Below are positions 19,087-29,280 of a DNA stretch of 64,000 nt, piece by piece; the stretch's first letter is position 1, and every line of letters begins with the position of its first letter. A model generated the notes under the pieces. The model ran no database searches. It saw only the letters and a program-made list of their open reading frames with translations, and was not told the DNA's origin. The position numbers and the translations under genes were made by a program. The DNA comes from an uncultured archaeon (GTDB lineage: Archaea > Altiarchaeota > Altiarchaeia > JAFGQM01): contig CAZUDQ010000001.1 of NCBI GenBank assembly GCA_964619365.1, positions 118,503 to 182,502 on the forward strand, written 5' to 3'.

Positions 19087-20481
19087 TTGGATAAATATAC
19101 ACCCAAACCAAGTTTATCCATTAATATGAGTCCTTGCTCCAAAATAGCGGTTTTTGGAATCGGTGGCGCAGGCTGTAAGATTGCAGGCAACTTAGCTGAG
19201 ATGGCACCGGAAGGTCTTGAGATAGGTGTTATAGACAAAGATGAGCGCGACTTTGCAGGTCTTCCAGAAAGTGTAAAAAGGATAGATATCGGACAGGCTG
19301 TGGCTTGCAAGAATGGAAAGCCTTCTGAAGTAAAAGAAGCTGTTTCGCGCGATATCAAAAAAATAGAAGATGCACTTGAGGGGGCTGATATTGCAATAAT
19401 CATTGCGAGCCTTGGCGGGAAAACTGGTGCTTGTCTTGCCGAATTTGTTTCAGAAGCATGTGAAAACATGGGTGTGACAACAATATTTGTCCCAATATAC
19501 CCCGCATCAAATATGGGTATGGGAACAGACTTTGCAGACTCGGTAATAAAACGCATGAGGAAAAAGGCAGACGCCGTTTTAATCATTGATAATAATTTGA
19601 AACTACGAAGTTCGGGAAAGCCCATGCTTTATGTTTTCAGAGAAGTAAACAGGCTTGTTGTCGAACTGGTTCTATTAATCTCCCATTCGGTTATGGGTCT
19701 TGGTGATACAAGTCTTGGCGAAGATGGTGTTCGCAGATTCTTTTGTGGCGAAAAGCAGTTCATTGTGACTTCTGGAAGAGAAGTCAGCCTTAAACGTGCT
19801 ATTGAAGGGGCAATAAACGAGGCTGGAATGTATGCTGAAAAACCTATGATAAAAAGGGCGCTTGCCCTAGTATCAAGCCCTCGCGAACTTGACATTCTTG
19901 AGATGCGGGAGCTTAACACTTCAATGAGAAGAGAACTTAATATTGACGATATTGAATGGTCATGTAGCTATGTTGGGGATGGCTATAACTCTTTTATTCT
20001 TGTTGCAGAAGTCGGAGAACTGCCGCTTGTAGACGGTGTTGAACTCCCGGCTGAGATTGAGCCCGAAGGGCCTGTTTCAATAAAGGAGGAAACCCCATAT
20101 CCCAAAGGAGAGTTTGAGGTACTTGAAAAGACTGCTAATGTAATAGATAAGAGCAACAATGACTTATTTGGCGGCATCATGCCTAAGGTTGAAACCGGAA
20201 AAGATATGCCTGGTCTTAATGTTAATCCATTGCCAGAGTGGAAGGGCGGTTCTGCAAGGGGCAGATTCAAGCGACAGGCTTTGATTGGTATAAACCGAGA
20301 AAAACCTAGGGACGCGCCAAAAGTAAAAGAAGAACCTGTTGTAGTTCCAGCCAAGGGCGAAGCGCGCCCTCCTGATGATGTATGGACTGCAGCATGTGAA
20401 CTTTCGGGTCATCCCCCGACACCAAAGCCAAAAGAGAAGGAAAAGCCAAAGAAGGACAACTTTGGTATAGAATATATCTAA
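19087..20481 (+). CDS. Divergent FtsZ/tubulin-superfamily GTPase with a long Pro/Lys-rich C-terminal extension
   Basis: IAVFGIGGAGCKIAGNL (T1 loop), SLGGKTGAC in place of canonical GGGTGTG (T4), and LIIDNNL matching the FtsZ NxDxxE region. The C-terminal ~130 aa are low complexity and end FGIEYI. Confidence 0.5.
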   Translation: MDKYTPKPSLSINMSPCSKIAVFGIGGAGCKIAGNLAEMAPEGLEIGVIDKDERDFAGLPESVKRIDIGQAVACKNGKPSEVKEAVSRDIKKIEDALEGADIAIIIASLGGKTGACLAEFVSEACENMGVTTIFVPIYPASNMGMGTDFADSVIKRMRKKADAVLIIDNNLKLRSSGKPMLYVFREVNRLVVELVLLISHSVMGLGDTSLGEDGVRRFFCGEKQFIVTSGREVSLKRAIEGAINEAGMYAEKPMIKRALALVSSPRELDILEMRELNTSMRRELNIDDIEWSCSYVGDGYNSFILVAEVGELPLVDGVELPAEIEPEGPVSIKEETPYPKGEFEVLEKTANVIDKSNNDLFGGIMPKVETGKDMPGLNVNPLPEWKGGSARGRFKRQALIGINREKPRDAPKVKEEPVVVPAKGEARPPDDVWTAACELSGHPPTPKPKEKEKPKKDNFGIEYI

Positions 20482-20500
20482 GATTGTCAGTGATTATAAA

Positions 20501-21724
20501 ATGAATGAACAAAAAGTTTTGATGATTTCTTGTGTTTTTGTATTGCTTTTTAGTGCCATTTGCCTCGGGGATGTCAGTATTACAGATGAAGGTGATGTCG
20601 GTGTCAACGGGAAAAACGTCGCAAGAATAGAAGTGAAAAACGAGTGCGATGGCGCAGCAAGCGTCTCTGCAAGCGTTGAGTGTTCAAGCCCGATAAGCTG
20701 CAGTGTTTCACCGACTAGCGCGACAATAGCTGAGAATGCTACAAAAAAGTTCACAGTAACGCTGACAGGAAGACTTTGGACGCAAACTTCCACAGTCACT
20801 TTTGAGATATCAGGTTCTTGTGAGGACGGTTCTGAGTTTACTGAATCAACATCATTTGACGCAACGCCTCCTGATTATGACCTGGAAATCATCAGTCCAA
20901 AAAAGAAGATATCCATTGTGGAAAAAGAGGGGATAAGCACAAGTTTTGATGCTGTTGTAAGAAACACTGGTGAGGGTGACTTAGAGGGTGTGGAAATAAC
21001 CATAAAAAGTGTTTATAACACAACAAACTGTGACTGGGATACCTCTCCAAATTCACTCAAGCCCGGAGAATCAGCAAGGTATAAGGTTACATGTCAAAAC
21101 CTCACATTTAGCGGTCGTGACATAAGTATAGAAGCCAGCGAATCCCATGATGTCGCATTTGACAGTGAGCTTTTGCGAATAAATGTTGTTGGAGCCATAA
21201 AGAACCCGGGTCTTGAAATTCTTGCCCCGCTTGAAAACGAGCTATTCGAATTTACAGAACTGCCGGGCAAAGTCACTCTTGAGATAAATAATACAGGAAA
21301 TGTTGATTTCTCGGACCTAAGTTTCCTTGTAGAAGGCATGGAATCGTCATCAGACTCATTTAATCTTGCTGTAAACGAAGCACTAAACGTGACTGTTTTC
21401 CTTATGGCCCCCACAGGAAACGGGTATGCACGAATAGCCATTCTTACTCCAGGTTCAAATTCAGCACTTGCTGAAGTCACTGTAAGGAGTTTTGTCGCAG
21501 AGTCCATTGAGATAACAGAACCTGTCTTAAATGAGACTCTAAATGAAACTGTCAATGAAACGATTGTTGAGAATAACACGACAAAAAGCGATGAAGAACT
21601 TCCTTTCTGGCTTGCAAGCAACATAATAAAGGGCATTCCTGATCTTGCTCTCTTTGTGGCAATTATCCTTGTTGTAGCAATAATTGTTTATATCGGATAT
21701 AGGGAAGGTCCGGTAGCCAACTAA
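20501..21724 (+). CDS. Secreted, C-terminally membrane-anchored surface protein with a dense cluster of N-glycosylation sequons
   Basis: Signal peptide MNEQKVLMISCVFVLLFSAICLG, C-terminal TM LALFVAIILVVAIIVYIGY, and NETLNETVNETIVENNTT just before the anchor. Confidence 0.55.
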   Translation: MNEQKVLMISCVFVLLFSAICLGDVSITDEGDVGVNGKNVARIEVKNECDGAASVSASVECSSPISCSVSPTSATIAENATKKFTVTLTGRLWTQTSTVTFEISGSCEDGSEFTESTSFDATPPDYDLEIISPKKKISIVEKEGISTSFDAVVRNTGEGDLEGVEITIKSVYNTTNCDWDTSPNSLKPGESARYKVTCQNLTFSGRDISIEASESHDVAFDSELLRINVVGAIKNPGLEILAPLENELFEFTELPGKVTLEINNTGNVDFSDLSFLVEGMESSSDSFNLAVNEALNVTVFLMAPTGNGYARIAILTPGSNSALAEVTVRSFVAESIEITEPVLNETLNETVNETIVENNTTKSDEELPFWLASNIIKGIPDLALFVAIILVVAIIVYIGYREGPVAN

Positions 21725-21730
21725 AGAAAA

Positions 21731-22363
21731 CTAGATACTTGTATCCGCGTGACGGGTTGCATAAATTATTCTTTGGATTGCGGTTAGGTTTGTAAGAACT
21801 GCGGTAAGTGCCAGAATGTATACCAAAAACGCTGGGTCAAAGTATCCAAGTATCATCGCAGCATAGACCAAAATAAGTCTTTCGGCGCGCTCAATAAATC
21901 CACCCATCGCCTTTAGTTTCTTTTCGTCTGTTATTACACTTTTGTGGTCGGCATAGGCTTTAACAAATGTTGTCATAAATGCACCGAATATCAGTAGTGC
22001 AACCCATATGCTGTTTGGAATTCCAAGGATTTCTGTTGGGACAAGTGTCACATACGTGTAGATTAAGATACCCATGTAGAGCAGTATTTCAATGTATCTA
22101 TCCACCACTCCGTCAAGAAACGCGCCAAAGTTTGTTGCCCTTCCCGTCGCACGGGCAACAGCGCCGTCTATCATATCCATTGCGCCTGCAAGAATAAAGA
22201 ATGCAGCGCCAATAAGAAGCTTTCCGTAACAAAGCGCGATAAGGCCTCCGAATGCTGGCAATATGGAGATAAGTGTCCACATGTTAGGTGACAAACCAAG
22301 TTTTGCAAATGCGATTCCGACTTTTATTGAAAAGCCGTTTGCAGTACCAGTATTCTTTAGCAT
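21731..22363 (-). CDS. CDP-alcohol phosphatidyltransferase family (probable archaetidylinositol-phosphate synthase)
   Basis: DGAVARATGRATNFGAFLDGVVDRY is the D-G-x2-A-R-x8-G-x3-D-x3-D signature. Multi-TM. Adjacent to IPS. Confidence 0.75.
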   Translation of the reverse strand: MLKNTGTANGFSIKVGIAFAKLGLSPNMWTLISILPAFGGLIALCYGKLLIGAAFFILAGAMDMIDGAVARATGRATNFGAFLDGVVDRYIEILLYMGILIYTYVTLVPTEILGIPNSIWVALLIFGAFMTTFVKAYADHKSVITDEKKLKAMGGFIERAERLILVYAAMILGYFDPAFLVYILALTAVLTNLTAIQRIIYATRHADTSI

Positions 22364-22380
22364 TTTGTTTTTGTCTTATT

Positions 22381-23469
22381 TTATCTTTCGCGCTCGCCTC
22401 TTATAAATTCCTCGACCATCTCTTTTGCAAGAGAATCCGGGTATTGTATGGGGGGCGACTTCATGAAATACGCTGACGGAGAAAGTAACATTCCGCCGAC
22501 ACCACGATCAAGACCAAGCTTTGCGCAGCGTATGGCATCAACTATTACTCCCGCCGAGTTTGGAGAGTCTTCGACTGAAAGGCGCATCTCAAGGTTCATT
22601 GGAACGTCGCCAAACTGCTTGCCTTCCATCCTGATAAAACAGACCTTATTGTCCTTAAGCCACGGTACCCAGTCAGACGGGCCAACATAGATATCTTCAT
22701 CGGGAAGCCTTTGTGGGAGCTGGCTTTGGACCGCATTTGTCTTTGAAATCCTTTTGCTCTTTAGCCGTGAGCGCATAAGCATATTCTTAAAATCTGTGTT
22801 GCCACCCACATTAAGCTGGTAAGTATGTGCTAGTGGCTCACCGCGGTCTACAAAGAGTTTTGTTAAGACACGATGAACTATTGTTGCTCCAACCTGACTT
22901 TTGATATCGCTTCCGATAACCGGAAGCTTCTTTTTCTCAAATTCAGCGATAAGCTCTTTTTCATCCTGGATAAATACCGGGATTGCGTTTACAAAAGCAA
23001 CGCCTGCTTCCATGCACTGGCGCGCATACCAACGAATGCCGTCTTCAGAGCCAACTGGAAGGTAGGCAACGGCGACTTCTGCCCCCGTTTCTTTAAGAAC
23101 TTTTTTAACGTCAACAGGGTTTTGCTTCGGGTCGACAAGGAATGAATCCTGTACTGTTTCACCTATTCCATCAAGAACCGGACCTTTCTGGACAGTAATT
23201 CCCCAGTTTGGGACGTCTGAAAACTTTGTTGTGCAGTTCGAGCCTGAAAAAACTGCTTCAGATAGGTCTTTTCCTACCTTTCTCTTGTCAACATCAAAGG
23301 CCGCGACAAACTCTATGTCTGATATCTTGTATCCGCCAAGCACGTTATGCATAAGGCCAGGTACTCTCTCATCACTATCTCCAACATCCTTGTAATACTC
23401 GACACCCTGCACAAGAGAACTCGCACAGTTGCCAATACCAATAAGTGCTACTTTTATTTTTCCGGGCAT
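22381..23469 (-). CDS. myo-Inositol-1-phosphate synthase (archaeal short type)
   Basis: N-terminal Rossmann [17 protein letters not shown], internal [10 protein letters not shown], ~360 aa. Confidence 0.75.
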   Translation of the reverse strand: MPGKIKVALIGIGNCASSLVQGVEYYKDVGDSDERVPGLMHNVLGGYKISDIEFVAAFDVDKRKVGKDLSEAVFSGSNCTTKFSDVPNWGITVQKGPVLDGIGETVQDSFLVDPKQNPVDVKKVLKETGAEVAVAYLPVGSEDGIRWYARQCMEAGVAFVNAIPVFIQDEKELIAEFEKKKLPVIGSDIKSQVGATIVHRVLTKLFVDRGEPLAHTYQLNVGGNTDFKNMLMRSRLKSKRISKTNAVQSQLPQRLPDEDIYVGPSDWVPWLKDNKVCFIRMEGKQFGDVPMNLEMRLSVEDSPNSAGVIVDAIRCAKLGLDRGVGGMLLSPSAYFMKSPPIQYPDSLAKEMVEEFIRGERER

Positions 23470-23575
23470 TTTCTTAATCGTTTGTTTTACGTAAGTAAAT
23501 TTTACGGTTGTAAAATATAAGGGTAAATTAAGGCTTATAAAATAAAAATGAAAAAATCCGAAAATATGGGAAAAC

Positions 23576-24808
23576 TTAGTATATTTGCCCTTCTAAAAGT
23601 GCTTCATACGGCGCCCGCGCACGAATAAGGCGCGCCTTGCCTCCTGAAACCATGACTTCTGCTGGTTTGAGGAAGGAATTGTAGTTTGAGGCCATTGAAA
23701 ATCCGTAGGCGCCTGCGTTTTCTATTGCAATTATATCGCCTTCTTCTGCGTGCTCAACCTTTCTGTCCTTTGCAAAGAAGTCGCCAGTCTCACAGATATT
23801 GCCCACAACATCAACCGTTTCAAGAGGGCCGTTTTGACATTCCATATTAGATGCATTTTCTATGTGGTGGTATGCCCCGTACATTGAAGGGCGCACTAAG
23901 TGAGCCATATTGGCATCAAGACCTATAAAGGTCTTTTGAGGGTTCTTTTTTATCGTGTTGACTTTACCGAGAAGAACTCCTGCACTACACACCGAGTAGC
24001 GTCCGGGTTCAATCCTATACTCGACTTTTTTGCCATATGCCTTTGAGAAGGCTTCCATCTTTTCAGTCGCAAAGCGTCCAAACTCCTTTATGTCGACTTC
24101 TGGCTCGCCCGGCTTGTACTGAACTCCAATTCCACCGCCAAAATCTACAAAATCAAGGTCGGAAAATTCTTTTGCCGCGCTAAGGACAAGATTCATTGTC
24201 TCCTTAAAGGGGACGAGATCCATTATTGTTGTTCCGATATGTGCATGTATGCCCACTATCTTTAAATCGTACTTTGAAGCTATCTCGCGAATTTTTGGCG
24301 CTTCGCCAATCCAGATGCCAAACTTTGAGTCAAGGCCGCCGGTTTTAAGGTGAGGATGAACATCGGGGTTTACATCCGGGCAGACGCGCACGCAGACATC
24401 ACTTCCTGGGAATGCTTTCCCATATTTTTCAAGGCGCGAAAGGGAACCGATATTAAGAAGCACTCCTTTTTTATGTACCCATTCCATCTCAGAATCAGAC
24501 ATATTGTTGCCTGTAAAAAGAATATCTTCTTTTGGAAAGCCCGCTTCGAGGGCAAGGAAAACTTCTCCTGGTGAAACTGCATCAACCCCCCAGTTCTCAC
24601 TTAAAATCACCTTAAGGACAGCAAGGCTTGAATTTGCCTTGCATGCAAAAAGGAGCTTTTTTGGGTTATATGCTATCGCGTCTGAAAGAAGCTTGCACTT
24701 TTCCCTAATGATATCTTCTTCATAAACATAAAGCGGCGTACCAAATTCTTCTGCGAGTTCTTCAGCAGAAACTCCCCCAAGATTCATCTTACCCTCGCGG
24801 ATTTCCAT
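23576..24808 (-). CDS. lysA: Diaminopimelate decarboxylase
   Basis: Fold-III PLP decarboxylase: [13 protein letters not shown] with the PLP-Lys, GGGIG, CESGD-like [14 protein letters not shown]. Confidence 0.9.
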   Translation of the reverse strand: MEIREGKMNLGGVSAEELAEEFGTPLYVYEEDIIREKCKLLSDAIAYNPKKLLFACKANSSLAVLKVILSENWGVDAVSPGEVFLALEAGFPKEDILFTGNNMSDSEMEWVHKKGVLLNIGSLSRLEKYGKAFPGSDVCVRVCPDVNPDVHPHLKTGGLDSKFGIWIGEAPKIREIASKYDLKIVGIHAHIGTTIMDLVPFKETMNLVLSAAKEFSDLDFVDFGGGIGVQYKPGEPEVDIKEFGRFATEKMEAFSKAYGKKVEYRIEPGRYSVCSAGVLLGKVNTIKKNPQKTFIGLDANMAHLVRPSMYGAYHHIENASNMECQNGPLETVDVVGNICETGDFFAKDRKVEHAEEGDIIAIENAGAYGFSMASNYNSFLKPAEVMVSGGKARLIRARAPYEALLEGQIY

Positions 24809-24816
24809 TTTTGATA

Positions 24817-25650
24817 TTAAATGTTGTTTAGTGTGCCTTCAAATACTGTTGTTGCAGGGCCTGTCATAAATATATGGTTTGTTTCTTTGTCCCATACTAC
24901 TTCAAGCGTTCCTCCAATCAGGTTTACTCGTATATTTCTTTTTGTCTTGCCATTTAGTGAACACGCAACAGCACTCGCGCAGGCTCCTGTCCCGCAAGCA
25001 AGGGTCTCGCCGCATCCGCGCTCCCATACGCGCATATTGATTTCCTCGTCTGAAAGTATTTCAACAAACTCCACATTTGTCTTTTTCGGAAAAAGCTTGT
25101 GAGTTTCTACTACAGTTCCTATTTCCTCGACGGGGTGCGATTCTGTTGAAGAAACAAAAGTCACCGCATGTGGGTTTCCCATGGAAACTGCAGTTATGTT
25201 TATGGTTTCGCCGTCTATTTCTATACCTTCGTTTATGACTTTCTCGCCATCTGGGCCGTTCATTGGAATCTCTTCGCGCAATAGACGTGGTTCTCCCATG
25301 TCAACTCGCACGCGCCCGTCTGCAAGTAACTCTGGCTTGATAACTCCTGCCAATGTTTCTACGCTAAGTTCTGTCTTCTCGGTTATTCCCTTCTCATAAA
25401 GGAATTTTGCAAAGCAGCGAATGCCGTTTCCGCACATTTCGGCTTCTGAGCCGTCGGCATTTATTATCTGCATGCGAAAATCGCAGGTTTCTGAAGGCAA
25501 TACCAGAATAAGCCCATCGGCACCCACACCAAACTTTCTCTCACAAAGCTTTCGTGTGGTTCCTTCTAAATCTGAAATATCTAAACTGCGTGCATCAACA
25601 AGGATAAAATCGTTTCCTGTGCCATGCATCTTTGTGAAATTTAGCTCCAT
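24817..25650 (-). CDS. dapF: Diaminopimelate epimerase
   Basis: FTKMHGTGNDFILVD N-terminus; two catalytic Cys contexts (MCGNGIRC and CGTGACA). Confidence 0.9.
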   Translation of the reverse strand: MELNFTKMHGTGNDFILVDARSLDISDLEGTTRKLCERKFGVGADGLILVLPSETCDFRMQIINADGSEAEMCGNGIRCFAKFLYEKGITEKTELSVETLAGVIKPELLADGRVRVDMGEPRLLREEIPMNGPDGEKVINEGIEIDGETINITAVSMGNPHAVTFVSSTESHPVEEIGTVVETHKLFPKKTNVEFVEILSDEEINMRVWERGCGETLACGTGACASAVACSLNGKTKRNIRVNLIGGTLEVVWDKETNHIFMTGPATTVFEGTLNNI

Positions 25651-25657
25651 CTTTATC

Positions 25658-26818
25658 TTATTTTAAGTTGCGTATTCTTTCGGCTGCCTCAATTATCCTT
25701 TCTGAGGGTGAAGTTATTGACGCCCTGAAGTATCCTTCCCCGTATTCACCAAATGCAGTTCCTGGGGTGAGTACGACATTTGCCGCCTCCATTACCTTAT
25801 TTACAAAAGAAGCTGAGGTTTCCCCTGCCGGGACTTTTGCCCATAAGTAAAAGGTTGCCGGGGGCTTTTTTGCTTCAATCCCGATATCGTTAAATGCTGC
25901 AACTAAGGTATCCATCCTTTTATTATACTCGTCAAGAGCTGGCGCCTCAGGATAATTCGTAAGTGCATATATCCCTGCCATTTGCACTGCCTCAAATACT
26001 CCTGAATCAATATTCTCTTTTACTTTTGAAAGGGCCGCAACAATCTCTGGGTTTCCATACGCGCTTCCAAGTCTCCAGCCTGTCATATTGTAAGTCTTTG
26101 AGAATGAATGAAGTTCTATTCCAACATCCATTGCCCCAGGCACCTCAAGGAATGAGATTGGCTTATTCTTCTTATCAAAGTATATCTCAGAATAGGGTAA
26201 ATCAGAGACTATGATTACCTCATTTTCTTCTGCAAAATCAACTACATCACTGTAAAATGCCTTGTCTGCAACGGCTCCTGTGGGGTTATTCGGGTAATTG
26301 ATATACATTAGTTTTGCGTCCTTAGCATCAGAGGCGTTTATTGCAGATAAGTCCGGTAAGTATCCATTCTCTTCAAGAAGTGGCATCTTTACTGGAATGC
26401 CGCCACTAAGTAAGCAAGCACCGTTTGCATAGCCCGGGTATCCTGGGTCCGGCACAAGTACCTTGTCCCCCGGGTTGACAAATGCACGGGCAAGATTGCA
26501 AAGACCTTCTTTTGAGCCAAGTGTCGCCTGAACATCAGAGGCGCTTATGCTTATACCAAATCTTTTTTTGCACCAATCAGCCCATGCCTGCCTAAAGTCC
26601 GGACGCCCGGCATCCATAGGGTATCTGTGAGTAGAGCTATCATTTATAGCATCAGACATTGCTGAGACTATTCCTTTTGGTGTTGGAAGGTCAGGATCCC
26701 CAATTCCTAAATCAACAAGATCCTTGCCCTTTTCACGAAGTGCTTTTTTCTTTCTTGAAATTTCAGCAAAAGCGTATGGAGGTATGCTTTTTAGATTATT
26801 TGAATATTCTATCTTCAT
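25658..26818 (-). CDS. dapL: PLP aminotransferase class I; within the dap operon, likely LL-diaminopimelate aminotransferase
   Basis: Fold-type I aminotransferase with SFSKTYNMTGWRLG (PLP-Lys). Sits between dapB and dapF on the same strand. No dapD/dapE genes are visible in this window. Confidence 0.7.
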   Translation of the reverse strand: MKIEYSNNLKSIPPYAFAEISRKKKALREKGKDLVDLGIGDPDLPTPKGIVSAMSDAINDSSTHRYPMDAGRPDFRQAWADWCKKRFGISISASDVQATLGSKEGLCNLARAFVNPGDKVLVPDPGYPGYANGACLLSGGIPVKMPLLEENGYLPDLSAINASDAKDAKLMYINYPNNPTGAVADKAFYSDVVDFAEENEVIIVSDLPYSEIYFDKKNKPISFLEVPGAMDVGIELHSFSKTYNMTGWRLGSAYGNPEIVAALSKVKENIDSGVFEAVQMAGIYALTNYPEAPALDEYNKRMDTLVAAFNDIGIEAKKPPATFYLWAKVPAGETSASFVNKVMEAANVVLTPGTAFGEYGEGYFRASITSPSERIIEAAERIRNLK

Positions 26819-26888
26819 TTCAATTTTTACCTTTATTCTAGCGCCTAATTTGAAGCTGACTCTAAAAATAGTTTAAATTGCGTGATAA

Positions 26889-27710
26889 TTAGTCTTTTAG
26901 GCCAATTACATCCCACATATCATAAAGGCCTGACTCTTTTCCCGCAAGCCATTTTGTAGCAAGTACGCATCCGCTTGCAAAGCAGTCGCGTGAGTGTGCT
27001 TGGTGACGAATTTCTATTCTCTCGCCAAGCGCCCCAAAAAGAAGAGTGTGGTCTCCTACAATATCTCCTGCGCGAATGGCGTGTATGCCAATCTCCTCGG
27101 GAGTCCTCTCTCCGACCATACCTTCTCGACCATAGACTGCAACATCGTCAAGATTGCGGCCTCTTGCTTCGGCAACTATCTTTGCTAGAGTCTTTGCTGT
27201 GCCTGAGGGTGCATCTTTTTTGAACCTGTGATGCGCTTCAATTAACTCAATGTCAAAGCCTTTTAATCCTTTTGCGGCATCTTCTGCGAGCTTGAAAAAT
27301 ACATTTACACCGACTGAAAAGTTTGATGCAATGATTCCTGCAATGCCTGAATCTGTAATTATCTTCTCAAGCTCTTTTAATTCTTCGCCTGCAAAGCCTG
27401 TTGTACCTATGATTACCTTGACATTATTTGCCGCGGCTATCTCTGCAGTTTTAATAGATACTTTGGGCGTGGTAAAGTCTATTAGAATATCGGGCTTTTT
27501 CTCTTTTATCTCTGAATCGATAGTGTCGCCTGAGACTACAAAAACACCAATATTCCCAATACCAAGAACATCTCCTATATCCTTTCCTATGCTTGGCGAA
27601 TTTGGGGCATCTATTGCTGAAACTACCTCAAGATTATCATCGTTTTGTGCATGAGACAAGACCATTCCTGCCATACGCCCACATGCGCCGTTTATTGCTA
27701 TCCTTGTCAT
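26889..27710 (-). CDS. dapB: 4-hydroxy-tetrahydrodipicolinate reductase
   Basis: MTRIAINGACGRMAG NAD-binding N-terminus and E(A)HHRFKKDAPSGTA signature. Confidence 0.85.
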   Translation of the reverse strand: MTRIAINGACGRMAGMVLSHAQNDDNLEVVSAIDAPNSPSIGKDIGDVLGIGNIGVFVVSGDTIDSEIKEKKPDILIDFTTPKVSIKTAEIAAANNVKVIIGTTGFAGEELKELEKIITDSGIAGIIASNFSVGVNVFFKLAEDAAKGLKGFDIELIEAHHRFKKDAPSGTAKTLAKIVAEARGRNLDDVAVYGREGMVGERTPEEIGIHAIRAGDIVGDHTLLFGALGERIEIRHQAHSRDCFASGCVLATKWLAGKESGLYDMWDVIGLKD

Positions 27711-27711
27711 C

Positions 27712-28587
27712 TTAAATGAGGTCTAAGGAAGAAAGGACTACGTCCATCTTTGCCTTATTTTCATTTGTCATCTCGACAAGAGGGAGTCGTGGTGCTCCAG
27801 CTGCAAAGCCCATCTTATCTAAAGCATATTTGACCGGGCACGGATTTGTGTCTACAAATACCACCTTAAAGAGATCAAGAAGCTCGTAATGAATGGCCTT
27901 TGAAGTTTCTAATTTACCGTCAAAAAATTCATGAACCATGTTTGCGACTTTTGCGGGAGCTATGTTTGATGCCACTGAAATAACACCGTGGCCACCAAGT
28001 GCCATCATAGGGTAAGTCCAGCTGTCCTCGCCTGAAAGGACTATGAAGTCTTCAGGCGCATCGCGCAAGATTCTCATTATCTGCTCAAGATTACATGAGG
28101 CTTCCTTTACGGCAACGATATTTGGAATCTTTGAAAGTCTGAGTGTCGTTTCTGCTTCAAGATTCTTTCCCGTCCTGCTGGGGACATTGTAAAGGACAAT
28201 AGGTATATCCACAGCCTCTGCTATCGCTTTATAGTGCTGGTATAAGCCTTCCTGGCTTGGCTTATTATAATAAGGGACAACGATAAGTGCCGCGTCGGCA
28301 CCAGCATCCTTTGCATGCTGAGTATACCTGATGGCCTCTTTTGTTGAATTTGAACCGGACCCTGCTATAACTTTACATTTGCCTTTTGCCTCTTCAACGG
28401 CAATGTCGATTACTCGCTCGTGTTCTTCCGGACTGAGCACTGGACATTCTCCTGTCGTTCCGACAGGCACAACTCCATCCATTCCCTGCTCAATCTGGAA
28501 GCGTATGTTTTTTCGCAAACCCTCTTCGTCGAGGGCCTCGCCTGAAAAAGGCGTTACAATTGCAGTATAGGCTCCAGATAGGTCCAT
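27712..28587 (-). CDS. dapA: 4-hydroxy-tetrahydrodipicolinate synthase
   Basis: DGVVPVGTTGE and the Schiff-base Lys context (IVAVKEAS), 291 aa. Confidence 0.9.
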   Translation of the reverse strand: MDLSGAYTAIVTPFSGEALDEEGLRKNIRFQIEQGMDGVVPVGTTGECPVLSPEEHERVIDIAVEEAKGKCKVIAGSGSNSTKEAIRYTQHAKDAGADAALIVVPYYNKPSQEGLYQHYKAIAEAVDIPIVLYNVPSRTGKNLEAETTLRLSKIPNIVAVKEASCNLEQIMRILRDAPEDFIVLSGEDSWTYPMMALGGHGVISVASNIAPAKVANMVHEFFDGKLETSKAIHYELLDLFKVVFVDTNPCPVKYALDKMGFAAGAPRLPLVEMTNENKAKMDVVLSSLDLI

Positions 28588-28595
28588 TTTTAGTC

Positions 28596-29240
28596 TTAAC
28601 GGCGCCTGTTATGTCCGCGCCTGTTATTTCTTTCTTCGTCTTCTTTGCCAAAATCGGGCACAAACAGCCTGTGATCAAGCTCCTTACCTTCGATTTCCTC
28701 AAGCACGCGCTCTGTTACAAGTTCTTTGGCATCCGGCATGCCTTTTACGCGCGCGTTGATATCTTTAAAACTCTTAAAAGGTTCAATCTCCCGTTCATCA
28801 AGAATACTTATAAGATGCTTCTTTCCTATTTTTGGCAGGAGCTCAAGCTGGTGATGCTTAAGGCTTATTGCCCTTGACTTGTTGTAAAAGTCCACGAATC
28901 TTTGCTCTTGGGTTTCGATAATCTGCTCTATTGCTTCTTCGAGTTCCTTTTTGGATGTATTTGAAAGCTCGTCATATCGAACGCGGCGTCTTATGGTCTT
29001 TACCTTTGGGCGCTCGCCATCCCCCACATAAACCCTTTCATGAAGATCGAATGTGGCCTCGTCTTTTGGACTGACTTCGAGTAACACAAAATAATGCTCG
29101 CCGACTGTCTGTGCTACAGGAACGCGCTTGTACATAGGCATAGAACCACTCCCATTCGGGAGATAATCTAAGACTACGGCATATTCTTCACGAATCTTTT
29201 CAGCCCTGCGGCCTCCATCTACCTTTGTGTCTTCGTCCAT
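28596..29240 (-). CDS. DUF655/COG1491-type RNA-binding protein (HhH), conserved partner of rpoF/L21e
   Basis: Conserved archaeal L21e-RpoF-COG1491 gene order. A helix-hairpin-helix-like segment (GKKHLISILDERE...). Confidence 0.5.
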   Translation of the reverse strand: MDEDTKVDGGRRAEKIREEYAVVLDYLPNGSGSMPMYKRVPVAQTVGEHYFVLLEVSPKDEATFDLHERVYVGDGERPKVKTIRRRVRYDELSNTSKKELEEAIEQIIETQEQRFVDFYNKSRAISLKHHQLELLPKIGKKHLISILDEREIEPFKSFKDINARVKGMPDAKELVTERVLEEIEGKELDHRLFVPDFGKEDEERNNRRGHNRRR

Positions 29241-29280
29241 TCTTTTAAAATCAGGGGGAACTTGACAATCGCTTTTTCCC

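Noticed and set aside
22448-22690. 80-aa plus-strand ORF overlapping the IPS gene, and the 210-aa vs 72-aa overlaps at 21979-22197
   Set aside because: Antisense to genes with clear family signatures. No supporting motifs.
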